Assembly: GCA_905331295.1 (NCBI GenBank)
Contig: CAJNYD010000068.1
Span: forward strand, 1-64,000
Reading direction: 5' to 3'
DNA length: 64,000 nucleotides
DNA from: Rotaria socialis
Taxonomy: Eukaryota
Below are positions 51,450 to 64,000 of the stretch, one piece after another; the first letter of the stretch is position 1, and every line of letters begins with the position of its first letter. The position numbers were made by a program, and so were the translations under genes. Below the pieces are notes generated by a model. It did not search any database. It had not been told where the DNA came from and saw only the letters and a program-made list of their open reading frames with translations.

Positions 51450-53713
51450 TTATTCGTCTTGATTCTGTTTCTCTGCATACAACCATTTGAGAGAGTCAAA
51501 ATTGTTCATGTCATGTGAACGCAATACAGCATCGCGAGCTATCTTTGCCACGCCATTTTGATGTGCAAATGTGCCAATATCACGTGCAAATTGAACAACT
51601 TTTGATGAGCGAGCTATTCTTTCTTTTTCGTATTCATGAAATACAGCATGAATCTTTGATTGACCATGTTTCTTGTAGGCAGCAACAAGTGCATAAGCAT
51701 CTTCTAATGCTTGGGCAGCACCTTGTGCAGCATATTGTAACATTGGGTGAGCTGCATCACCCAGTAACACTAGTCGACCACGACTCCATTTCAATAATGG
51801 ATTGCGACTAGAAATAAAACAATAATATGCAGATCAGCAAGAAAATGTACTAAAAAAAAGAAGATAACTGACTCGTAGACGGGCCATCGAAAATTGGTCT
51901 GAATTAAATTCAAAGCATTTAATACATGTTGACATCCGATGTTGAATCGTTCATTGAGTTCTTGCTTGGTTCCCCATTCATCTGTTTCATCCGGTAATCG
52001 ACTTGATTTGAACACTGCTGCTTGATTGAATAGTTCGCCTCGTCGAATAGGATACTGCACGAGATGCATGTCGGGTCCGATCCAAAATTGAACATTTTCA
52101 AGGCCAGCTTCTTTTGAAACTTGGTCGATTTCTACTGTACCTCGATAAGTAACATAACCAACACTAAGTGGGGCTCCATCGTCACAGACAAATTTTCGCA
52201 ATGATGACCAGAGACCATCAGCTGCAACCACCATACCACAATCGTAACGCATTCCATCTGCACATTCGACCATCATCGACTCGGGTCGTTCATCTACACT
52301 TATCACCGTACGATTTGTTTCCATTGTTACCATGTAACTTGCTAAACACGCTTGATAAAGAGCATATAGAAGATCAGCTCGATGTACAACAATATATGGA
52401 TAGCCAAAATCTTCAACAAATTTGTCACCTAAATCAATGCAAGTGAGACGCTCACCAGATACAGCATCCATCCATACAATTTGTTTCGGAAAAACAGCAT
52501 TAGCTTGCACATGCTTTAAAATGCCAAGCCGATCAAGTATACGGCTACAGTTCGGTGCTAACTGCATACCTGCACCAACTTCTGCAAATTCAAGATTTTT
52601 CTCCAGCAATCTCACTCTTATTCCCGCTTGAGCAAAAGCGAGAGCTGTCGCCATACCACCAATGCCGCCACCAACAATCAATACAGTCTCTCGACGAACA
52701 TTCGCTAATGGGCGTGGTATTTTGAAATTTTTGATAGTATTCACACATTGGAATTTTGTTTCGTTGCGAAAGTTTTTGAAGAAAAGGCGATGATCACGTT
52801 CGACAATCTCGGCATAAATTATTGCAAAGTAACAAATTTCATCGATCAATTTTTGTTGTAGCACCTTTGAAGAAAGAGCCATTTGCAGCGTTTGGGTACA
52901 ATGATCGGCAGTATTGTCCATAGCTAAATTTGTCGAATTTTTCAACGAAGAAATGGTAATCGGTGGTTGGCAGTGTAGATGCGCAGTAGCAATAGCCAGC
53001 TGTTGGGCAAGTGTCATCAAACTCTTAACAGTATCGATCGATTGCCAGTCGATATCGTACAACTGCTGTTGAACTTCTAATAATCCGATGACTGAATATT
53101 TCTTTTGAAGTTTCCATGGTTTCATGTGGCAAATTTGATCGTCGTCACTAGATTGCTGACTTCTTAAACTTTTTTTGTTCCATGATAGCACTTTCTTGAT
53201 ATATTGTCGAATAAACATTTCAAGTATTTCGATCATTTCCATGTCACTAAAACCGTGACAGTAGGCAATAAGTGCAAGATTAGTTGCTAAACGTTTGAGA
53301 TCCCATGTGAATGGAGCTGCTGTCTTGGTGTATCTTTGTACTTTGAATACGCGCTCATGACTTACATCACTGAGATGGTATAGAAATTGGCCAACATGTA
53401 GATCACCGTGAATGAAAGTACTACTGGTTAATTCTAATTGTTCAGTATCGTATTGAATGTCATCATAAAATAGAGCAGCATTATTTTGATAGAATACAAT
53501 CATATTATTAGTAATACGTCGAAAATATGAATGCCAAGCGTTTGTTTCATATCGTTTTCTAGCCATCTGCTTTTCGGCAAATATATGCACGATGTGATCA
53601 AGACGTTGGTTATCATCACATACGAGAATTTTATTCACCGACGATTCATTTTGTGTTCCCATAAATTTTAAGCGACGATAGGATGAACTAGTTTCTTGCA
53701 TTATTTTCAACAT
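51450..53713 (-). CDS. Fusion of a degenerate DUF2252 (kinase-like) domain with an FAD-dependent monooxygenase (3-hydroxybenzoate 6-hydroxylase-like). 732 aa, one intron at 51808-51872
   Basis: N-part: FYQNNAALFYDD, HGDLH, APFTWDLKRLA, ATAHLH, FAIIYAEIVERDHRLF. C-part: GGGIGG, EVGAGMQLAP, HRADL, ADGLWS, HLVQYP, GDAAHPMLQY..QGAAQALED. The 65-nt GT-AG intron restores RWPVYDRNPLLKW. Confidence 0.88.
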
Positions 53714-55121
53714 GAAAATACGTCGTTTTTTTTACATACAAAGTTTATGTATGACCCTCTTTTATAGATAATTTTCTCCAACTTCCGTTTTTATTGGCGT
53801 TAATTTCTAAACGCACTTCACACGCATAATTTTTCGGCGATCTTTACATTAGTATGACACGTAATCCTTTCGGTAAAGACATATGTTTCGCCTTTTCTCT
53901 TTATTATTCCCAACTTCGCTTCAATAGGTTGATATGAGAGACAACACAATACAAAGTGTCTTGGTCTCTGTCTTGATTTCAAAGGCGATGGTATTGTTTT
54001 TCGAAATCCACCATTTACTCTGGTATATGTATTATACAGTTAACATGAGAATTTCGGTTGCGATTGGAATGCACGAAATAATTTAAATAAAAAGTAGGGG
54101 AAACAAGAAGCAAACTTTGATTACGAATGAAGTCATATGATAATTAGTCTTCTTTCTCTTACTCGTGCAATTTTGGTATAAGAGCATTGAATAATTGGTT
54201 ATTTTCTAAGACTATTTACGAATTTCAATTATTTATTTATTTAATGCGTATTCATTGATGCTCGTTTTTAAGCAATGTAGAGCTGATATGCATGAGCAAT
54301 TCATACGAGCAAGAACGATATTTATTTAAAACCAAAATTGATCACTAAGAGAGTGAGTTTTGGTAAGGAGTTTTACTGGTTCTTCAACTGTAGCGCTATT
54401 ATATGTGAAAATTGAGTATTCTCCACGAAGAAAATCTTATATTTTATATTTATTTTACCGATGAATTTTGAAATCTTTTCAAGAACCACACCAGGCATAT
54501 CATGGAGAATCTGTCAATCTTAAAAATTCCGAGTCAATATTGGAAGGGGTGATTTTTCTGAAAAACGGTCTCAACGAAGTATATAAGCACACAGGATAGA
54601 AATTTGCATCAACCACTCAGCCTGCTTCGCACAGACCGTGACACTGATTGGAATATTTATGAAGTATTTGTTTGTTGAAGTTTTCGACTACTAAGTAAGT
54701 CATGATATATTTAAGAGGAATAGAAACAATAGCCCGATCGTGTTTCACATCTTTAATACGACAGGAGTTATCCTAACAGCTTGTTTGTTGGTTCTTGAGT
54801 GTGTGAAAGTCTTTAGCTAGGTTACGCAGATCTTTGGTGAACCATGTACGTAAAGAAAATGATACTTGAAGAGGAATATTTCTATTGAACTCAAGTTTCA
54901 AGTTTGATACAGCTCCACATCCTCGTTCTATATTAGTTTCTACTCTTCATTCTTATGGAATTCGCTAATCTTCGGAGATTTTGAGTGTGCTTTTTCTTTC
55001 AATGCGTGAAAAAATAAAATCTATATGCACATATATCACATACTTCTTGGCTTACATGAAACGTTAAAACAATGAAAAAAAAGCTTAATTCGATGTTAAA
55101 TATTGTATGTGAGGTTAGTGC

Positions 55122-56700
55122 ATGGGCAATCCCTATTTAAGATTTCTTCTGTATCATACCACTGTTTATGGTAAGAAGTAATTAGTATGCTAGCATTTAT
55201 TATGTGACATCATATGAAAATAAAAAATTTTATAAATAAAGTTTAGGACAAACTATTACTCACTACTTCCTTTTTTTGCATCATAATCCAGTACTTACCT
55301 ATCTAGATAAACTACATTCATAGAGGTTAAATGACCTTTTATGTACTAACATAAGATATAAGAGGCATGTCTGGATCATTGTTATACGGCGATACAGAAT
55401 AGTTTAGTCATGCGGGTGTTGGTAATTTTATATTTGTTAGAATGCCTCGGTGTAATATCAATGCATATCGGAAAAGGTGAGTAATACAAAATTGGAGACG
55501 AGTCCTCAGCAAGTTAAATATTATTTCAGACTAGTATTGACTGAATAAAAGATATTTGTGTGATTGTATAATTTGATATAGATACAAAAAATGTTGAACG
55601 CTGTAAAACCATGTCTTCAGAGATATTCTACTTTTCTCAAATCTGTCTGAAACATTTTTGAAATTATATTGATCAAACTTTCAAATATTAGATCGGTGTG
55701 ATTTAGAGGAATTTTTAGAACATCAAGAATTGCTAAGGTTTTATAGAATTTGTTAGTCAGCTGACAATTATCTAAAATATGCACGTTTACATTTTGCTTA
55801 GAGAAATAATAACCAAAAATCATTCATCGTAGCTCATTTCTACTAGCGAATGAGTTGGAAATTTCTTTCGAGAGGAATTGAACTTTTACTGTAAATATGC
55901 TTGAAGACGTGTATTAAGAGCTACATCATAAAGAGGCCAAGGTAACTAGCGTCTCAGTTATGGAAATTACGCAGAAATATAACAGGTCGATTAAAAAGAA
56001 ATAGTTTCCTTAACCTTTCATTAATTGAAAAATAAATTATACAGTCTTAACGATGTTTATCATCTGAATGAAGAAGAATTCTTTTTTACTCATAAGAGCA
56101 TATTCTTTTATCGCAGATGCAGCAAAAATCTGGGAATCAAACACAAGTTCAGGTCTTGATCAAAATCTGAAATATTTTATTGCTGATAAATTACAATCCA
56201 TATCTGACCGTCTTACTAGTGGAAAGATAATTCCACCGGTGGCTGTTGGATCAAATCAAGGCGACCGTTTTCAAGTATTAGCGGTGTCCAATTCAGAACG
56301 TATTATTAAATTGCGGGGAAATCAAACAGATGGACGTCTGATGATAATGGAAGGTGAAATACTAGTTGGTGAAGGTCCTCCACTCCACATCCATCATCGT
56401 GAAGATGAGTATTTTCACGTTTTGGCAGGTGAAATCGAATTTTATATTGGAGAGGAAACAATTCGTGGAACAGCTGGAACATGGGTCTTTGCGCCACGTT
56501 ATATTAAACATTCTTATAGGAACGTTAACTCAACAGGAGCTCGATTAGAATTTGTTTTTCAACCAGCAGGTATCGAATTCTATTTTCAAGAGGTTAGCAA
56601 AGTTATTGTTGCACAAGAACCTGATTGGGCGGATCAAGCAGCTGCTGTTGCAAAGAAATATGAAATTGAATTGCTCGGAATACCAGATTGGACTGGATAA
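55122..56700 (+). CDS. Cupin-domain protein (quercetin 2,3-dioxygenase/Cupin_2-like). Predicted exons 55122-55170, 55441-55476, 56117-56700
   Basis: GPPLHIHHREDEYFHVL.GE...PRYIKHSYRN cupin motifs with an H/H/E/H ligand set, and PAGIEFYF...AKKYEIE. The two small 5' exons are phase-compatible but less certain. Confidence 0.8.
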
Positions 56701-56899
56701 ACGAGACTCAATGTTTTAATAGGTTTCATCAATTGTTTTCATTGTATTTCATTCTGAATAATAAAAAACACTCATATATAATCACACTGCACATTAAGTA
56801 CTAGATGATGAAATTGCATTATAACTATAACTGATTGGTTATTTTGCCTTCATGAAACTGTTTCGTCGGTGAACGATTCATTTTTTTCATCACTTCGAG

Positions 56900-57660
56900 G
56901 CACATCATAGCTTCAGAACGATTTCTCAGAATCTCATTATCCGATAAATCGAGGACTCTCCGATAGGTCGTTTTAACTAGTCTATTATGATCGCTTGATT
57001 TTACAGAGTAAAACACCATACAAATCTGTAATCCTATTGTTGAAACGTTCATCAATCTCGAGAAATTTCCTGACTGTGGAGTGTGAGCGAACAGCACACT
57101 CAAATCCACACTCTCTAAGGATTTCTGGTTATTCCTCACTACCGCAACACGAACGCTGACTTTCATGAAGAATGACGCTTTTTTATATATAGTTAGATAC
57201 CACCAGGCGGATTGATTTCAAATATATTTTTAGTTTTTGTAAACGTGCAATTTAATTGCATAAAACAGGATTTTGGATCAGAAGGCGCTAGGACAAATCA
57301 TTGCAACATCTTTCAGAGTTTAGAATTGCTAATCCAGAAGTCAATTCGAAGAATCTACACTATAAATTTTGATATTATGATTCCTATCGTAGTGCACAGA
57401 AAGCTCCCAGTAAAGACATCCATATGACTATACCTAAAGATGAAAAAAGTATACTAAGCCAGCAAACAATCCCCATTCCGAATCAATAAACACGGTTACA
57501 AATATCGTGAACTCCTGGCAACATCCTGAACTTAAACCCTCACGGAAAACCATCTTTCAAACCTCAAGACGCGACAGCTGGATCCAAAGAACAACCTGAG
57601 CACCATCTACACGCGCGCCCACATCCGCACTTCCACGATATGCTAAACAATATATGCACT
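56900..57660 (+). pseudogene. Possible heavily decayed Penelope-like (PLE) reverse transcriptase relic
   Basis: Stop-riddled translations SLDFTE*NT (motif A-like) and IPPGGLISNIFL (motif B-like) in the expected order. No YxDD seen. Confidence 0.3.
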
Positions 57661-57773
57661 CCGATTTAACGGAAGTACGTATAAAATAGTTACAATCCGA
57701 CTTAACGGAAGTACGCATAAAATAGTTACAATTCGACTTAACGGAAGTACGTATAAAATAGTTACAATCCGAT
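57660..57773. repeat. 36-bp tandem repeat, about 3 copies
   Basis: Unit CCGA(T/C)TTAACGGAAGTACG(T/C)ATAAAATAGTTACAAT repeated head to tail with no spacers. Confidence 0.95.
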
Positions 57774-58430
57774 AGATTGTACCGTTTACAAGTATGTACC
57801 ATTCATTAAAAGCAGAAAATGTTGGGTCTCTGAAAGCGGAATGCGTGTTACTTTAGGATTGCATGAGTTTCACGCGCACTTTGAAGAAATAATATGTTAG
57901 AAAATAATAGAACCAATTTATATTTGGTTATTGAAAAGGTTACGTTTTTTATGTGTACGTCTGACGCTCAACTGTGCTCTATGAGTACTTTTCACTGATA
58001 TTTATGTATGTGCTTACCGATTTGTATCAAATGGGATCAGCAGATCGATAAGCCAGTTCGGCTACAAATGTGTGTATTACACGTTATTAGATGTGCCACA
58101 CGAAAAAATCCTTATTTTCTGCCTTTCATGTTATGTATGGATCTAAACGTGTGCAATATATGTTCCATATAAGTAGATTTTGCCTCTCATCTTTGCAAAT
58201 AAAAATTTGCTCAAGCTCGTCAAAGATAGGGCGCGATAATCGTAAATATTTGCTTGTGATTAATAATACGGAAGTCATCCTGAATAATAAAAATGTGTCA
58301 CGCGCTCTTTTTATATCAGCCCGAAAACGGAAGACACCCTTAACATGCGTTGCCTATATAATGACGCGAATATGTCTTAGTATATTTCATTTGAAAAGAG
58401 ACTTATCGATCAAAGTTATACTGTAATAAG

Positions 58431-59483
58431 ATGCATATGCTTAACAAATTGATTAGCATGCTCGTTATTGGTATCGCCTGTAAGTACATATTTGATTCTA
58501 GAAAAGGACTTTATTAATCTCCAAGATAATTATAGATATTCTGCATAGATAAACTTTGCTATTCATTAGAGTGTACTCCAATTGTTAAGTCATCTGAGAT
58601 AAGTTTTAAAAAGGAACCTCTTACCCTAAAAAAGGGCTGGAATAAGAGAAATAGTATCAAAGAATATCAAGAGAACGCAGTAACTTGGATGTGAGTGGAA
58701 TGCATTATGGTGCATGAAATATGGGCTTGTAGTACTCAGTTTGGCTACAATGGCGATGAAATCAGTCTCATAGCTTTATTATATCTACAAATTACAGGCT
58801 TTATAAACAGTGGATTCGGTAATAGTCCGGAAAGTAATAGATAGATTCCAAATATGGAAGCTGATCATGACTTTTCGGACATAGTATTATACCGTCTAGA
58901 ACTTTTATTTCCCGAGTAACAAAAATCGCATCTCAGTTCAATCGATAAATACTAATTTATACTATTGATGAATATCATTTTGCTCCTAGATTGCCAACAC
59001 CAAAATTCGTACGTAGTTGTTCCGCCAAATGGGGGTCAACCTGTTCATGCATTACCATATCCCAATGGCATTTACAGAATTATTGTTCGTGGAAGTCAAA
59101 CGGCAAACATATTCACACTTATTGAAGGGTTAATATATATTAACGAGGGAGCTCGAACTCATTATCACATGAAAGAAGATGAAACATTTTATGTGATCAA
59201 TGGTACGCTTCAGTTCTATGTTGCTGGGGATCAATTTTGTGCACCAGCTGGTACAACAGTTTATATTCCACGGAATGTGACACAATCGGTTCGAAATGTC
59301 AATTCAAAGCCAGTTTATGTGCAGATATCGTTCACACCACCGGGCAGAGAATATTATTTAGAGAAAGTCACTCCCATTCATGATACACAGCCGATTAATT
59401 ATACGAGAGTAAATGAACTTGCAGCAGAATACGGAGTTGTCAACTTACCTGAAGTTGATTGGAAAGATCTTAATTGCCTGTAA
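58431..59483 (+). CDS. Secreted cupin-domain protein (quercetinase-like paralog). Exons 58431-58479 and 58990-59483
   Basis: Spliced N-terminus MHMLNKLISMLVIGIAYCQHQN is signal-peptide-like. Cupin motifs THYHMKEDETFYVINGT...YIPRNVTQSVRN; sequons NGT, NVT and NYT. Confidence 0.8.
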
Positions 59484-61369
59484 TAACAGTACTCTGTTTG
59501 TTTGACACTTTTCACTGTCCAATTTTATTTTACCAAACTCATAAGAAGAAAATAAATTTAATAAAAAACTTTTAAACGAGATCATCAAACAGATAAAATG
59601 GCATATGTAACAATGGAGACTTTAAAATTTGGCTAATAAAAATCTTCGGCAGTGACAGCGGAAAGATCTGTTGAGACTTAAGCTGAGTTATTACGTTCAT
59701 TAGCTTAAACTTATAACCAGTTATACTACTGAACCATCTGCGAGTTTACTTCGATTAACAGGAAAGTTCATCCATGAAAATACGTCTATTTAAATGTTGC
59801 CCGTTAAATATGCAATCGATGGTGTCAGCATTTAAACCAATATTTTTCGTACGTAGGCATCCATATGCAAAGACTGAAAAATACGAATTTTGAGTAAGAT
59901 GTTACGGCTTTCGGATAGTTTTACATTTTCAAGCTCGAATAAACTTTCTGCTTGACTATTATTTGTATTTAACAAAATAAACATGATATTCAGCTCAACA
60001 ATCTCTTGCACATATTGAAGTACACAATTACCAATAAAGAACAATTAAAAAACCCATGTTAAAAATAACGAGATCCGTGAAAATACGCTAAAATATTTCA
60101 CACAATAAAATAATTTCTCAATTTCCTGACAAAACGAAGTAACTCTAATCATTTACTTTAATTTATATATATATGTGACAGATAGAGAAATAACAACACC
60201 CTTCTTATGTTAGCCCGATGAGCATAAAATCAACAAAGAGCAAGCAAGTCACTGACACTAAAATAATTAAAATAACAGTTTTGATATTTCTATCAAACTA
60301 TGTATATAATTTTATGTAGTACATAATCTCAATCAAATATTTGTATTCCTTTTTCATCCAGTTTCTTTCAATGGCGTCATCGATTTAGATATTCTACAAT
60401 ATGACATGATAGTGGATTAAAGATTTTCATAGATATTGCTTACAAATGTATTTGTGCTCCCATAGATTATTCATTGAAAATGGAGAAAAAGGAAGTAGGA
60501 ACATGATGTGACGTTTCTTTGATTAGATCAAGTGACCTCTGTGTTTTATTTACGATTGAAACTGGCACGTATTGAATATGTCTGTTTTTGACGATGATGA
60601 AAAACTCTCTTTGTAGATTTTCCAACTCATACAGACTAGTCGAGTAGATACATCATATGAACCAAATGTAATCATAGAAAAGAACTAGTGAATACAGTGC
60701 GATTACGCAGTAATTTACTTTGATTTGATGAAAAGAATTCTATACTAAGAATATAGCAAGCAAAATACGGCAAAATTTCTGTACATCTAGTCACATAATA
60801 CAGGCTACCTTCAACACTCCTTGAAGTTTTATATCGCTAGGGAACACTACCCTCTTTGAAAACCTCCTGGCTACACAAAGAGATATATACTGAAAATATA
60901 CATCAGGTAATTCTGTGAAAAGTGGTGTAAAATACAAATGTCTAAATTATAGAAAAGCAAATTTTATATTATGAAAAGGAAACATTTGCACAATATTATT
61001 CTCTCTTCCTCAAGATACATTACCAACTGCTAACTAATATTGCAACATGTTAATCAATTTTATCTGATCTGAATTACTTTATGTTGTATGATGAAACTGC
61101 GTGTCTTGAAAAAACAAGAATTCAGAGAATTACACGGTGCATCTTTTCATACAAAAAAAAATATATTATCGAGACTAAATATGAAAAATTACATATAAAA
61201 TATTATTGATTTATTCTGTACCACTTGATATATGACAGACGGTAGATACTTTATCAACCACAACTGTACAGAACATCGTGTCTCTGACATGAGTCTGAGT
61301 AAAGCAAAAGAATGCTAGAAAAAAATGTGCCCTTTCAAGATAATGTCGAAACAAGACGGATGATATGTC

Positions 61370-61370
61370 G

Positions 61371-61413
<43 letters not shown>
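61370..61413. repeat. (CA)n(TA)n microsatellite
   Basis: cacacacacaca followed by about 15 TA units. Confidence 0.9.
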
Positions 61414-61415
<2 letters not shown>

Positions 61416-63086
61416 GAATAATTGAGTCATGTCTCATCAACAGATGGATTAGTGTAGTTCACAATGTCGAAGATTATACGAAATTTTGTGTAAGCTTAAC
61501 CAAAGGTGAAAAACGGAAGTACAACGACTTCATCATGCAGCATTATCTTCAATAGAAATTAACTGATTTCGGTTAAAATTCAGTGATGACCAAATAAAGC
61601 TCAATTTCGGACTATTTCAAATGAGTATACCTGTATATCTTTGTGCTCGAATAAAAAAATAAACAACTGATGTTGTTGAAAAGTTATTAGAAAATAAAGA
61701 GCCCATAGTGCACATTATGAAAGGTTAAGAAAAGAAATACAAAACACTTTTCAATATACGCATTCTCGTATATGAGTATTTTTAACCGGTTCCATTGATG
61801 CCCATATTAGGGAGACAATACATAGTATAGTTACTAAGGTGTTATTTTGCTTCTATGAGATCTTCAAGGAAAATTTTATACTGTTCCACCTCTGTCTGAC
61901 CAGTTTACAGTTAATTTTTCAAGTGAAAAGAAGAATCTAACGTAAAGATCATTATCTAGTATCTACTGGTCGAAAGATGTTTTTGGTATCGACTTTTCTT
62001 CAATAGATTACAGTCTATATCATTCTTCTGTGCTAATTTGTGTCTATAAGACTGGAGAAGAACTGATAGTCAAACTTAGATTATCTTTGTGAAAAAGCTT
62101 GTAAGAACATTTCCTGAAAATGACAAAATATGGAACTTACATTAAACTCACGTTTGGAGTTACAGAACAGAACTTACATTGACACAGCAGACTCTCTGTT
62201 ACACAAAGAGCAAGAGGTCAAATCATCTATCTTCTTCAACTTCCGCTCGTCGTTCAATTATTTTCCGCTAGTATCTTATATTTTGGGAAACAGGACTTAT
62301 AAGAAATCTATGAGTATATAGGGTAGACAGTTATACCCACCATCTAAGTCCTCACCTATCCTACAGGCCGTGATAGACAACGCTAATGTGTTATCGAGAA
62401 TAATGTATACGTAAAATCTCTCAAGAATTGCACTAATAACTTTTCAGTATTTTTCCATGTCTGACATTGTGCAATAATATGATTTCAGTCATCGTGATAA
62501 CGACTGTGACAGCACTTAACTGCCGAGTTGTTGCAAATGCCAACTTTTCTAATTTTTCAAGGTTCCATAATATTCTACCAAAATCCTTTCTCTATTACGC
62601 GTAACAAAAGATATCAGATTATATGATTGGTTCAATGTAGCATATCATATTTTCAGTTCATTATTTCTTTCATGATCACTCGATTCAGTGATCGAAAAAA
62701 TGATTCCTATCGCTTTATACGAATGCCCGAACTTTGGCCGTTAAAATTATACTGCAAAGAGAAGAAACACTTGACGCTAGAATGAAGAAGACTTGTAGGA
62801 CGAGAGATCCTGAAGTGGCTGAATTATAGATAACTAAAATAATAGCATCTCTCTTTAGTCTGGAATTGTGTCGCATATAAAAAAATCAGAAAACGATAAT
62901 TGTTTGCGACCTGAGTTTATTAAGTTCAATTTATCGGCAAAACGTTAACGTAAAACAGTTGAGCTCTACGTAGACTTTATCTTTCGTTTAACATTATTTC
63001 GTCTTAAATAAAAAAAATATGGCAGATCTTTTGATTAGTAAAAAAGAATAAACACAAACAGAAAGAATAAATCATTCGAGTGCGTC

Positions 63087-64000
63087 TCATTGCGGTGCTA
63101 CCCTTTGTAGCCTATAGTAGAAGCCTCTTTTCCGCAATAGTTCTTCGTGTGGACCTTCTTCTCGCACGCTACCACCATCGACTACGACGATCTTTTCACT
63201 ATTCTGTATTGTTGTTAGTCGATGAGCAATTGTTAAACATGTTCGATTTTGTCGAGCTTTGTCAATAGCTTCTTGTACAATCTTGATGAAAAAAATGAAA
63301 TTAGAAAAATAAGGTAAAAATAAACATATGCAACTAGATATCTTGCCCGTTCTGTCTCATTATCAAGTGCAGAAGTCGCTTCATCAAGTAAAAGTATTTT
63401 CGGTTTCTGTAATAAAGCTCGAGCAATTGCTATTCTTTGCTTTTGACCTCCAGAAAATTGTGTATTTCCAACATTGCCACAGTTTGTCTCATACCCCTAT
63501 GATGTATCAAAAGAATAATCCTGTTTTCAAATGTGAAAAAAGATTCACTTGTGGGAATTTTAAGATTTCTTCATGAATATTAGCTTGTATGGCGACTTCG
63601 TGAATTTCTGTATGTGATACTTTTCTATCATTGATCCCGTATGCAATATTTTCAGCTATGGTACGATCAAATAATATCGGTTCTTGTTGAACAAAACCAA
63701 TTATTGAACGAAGCCAGCTGATATTTATAGTTCGTAAATCTTGACCATCCAAAAAGATGTGGCCATTGATCGAATCATAGAAACGAAGTAACAGAGAAAT
63801 GATTGTGCTCTTACTAAATAAAACAAATAATTGTAGATATACTATTGTATGTAATATCGATGGCAATGCTTACCCGCAACCTGATGAGCCGATAAGTGCT
63901 GTTGTTTGTCCTTGTAAACAAGTAAGATTAAATTTATTGAGTATTCGATGTTTTGTTCGAGTCGGATAAGTAAAATCAACATCCCGAAACTCGATATTCC
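63087..64000 (-). CDS. ABCB (P-glycoprotein/MDR1-like) transporter, C-terminal nucleotide-binding domain; gene runs off the window
   Basis: [13 protein letters not shown], Walker [33 protein letters not shown], Walker [16 protein letters not shown], ending [10 protein letters not shown]. Short introns. Confidence 0.93.

Noticed and set aside
57660..57773. 36-bp repeats suggestive of a CRISPR array
   Set aside because: Units are directly adjacent with no spacers, there are no cas genes and the context is eukaryotic.
51450..59483. Bacterial contamination as the explanation for the bacterial-like genes
   Set aside because: The genes have GT-AG introns, AT-rich composition like the host and downstream AATAAA-type signals, and are contiguous with MiT/TFE and intron-rich ABCB genes.

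Overview
AT-rich eukaryotic DNA with many short (about 50-65 nt) GT-AG introns. The mix of metazoan housekeeping genes, intron-poor bacterial-like genes and small DNA transposons is most consistent with a bdelloid rotifer (inference, not proven). Native-type genes: an LRAT/PLAAT-family acyltransferase, a FAM155/NALF (NALCN auxiliary) homolog, an AT-hook low-complexity protein, a USP31/43-like deubiquitinase head-to-head with PRMT5, a MiT/TFE bHLH-ZIP factor, and the 3' end of an ABCB transporter. Accessory content: a 940-aa intronless membrane protein, nested CMC-type MITEs, hAT-type elements with 8-bp TSDs, a 5'-truncated LINE and a possible Penelope-like relic. The most interesting parts are (1) a foreign-gene block at about 51.4-59.5 kb, holding a fusion of a degenerate DUF2252 kinase-like domain to a 3-hydroxybenzoate 6-hydroxylase-like flavoprotein plus two quercetinase-like cupins, one apparently secreted, near the ABCB pump, and (2) an AT-hook protein with four histone H3K9-mimic-like motifs. 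All family calls come from motif recognition by eye; no searches were run.
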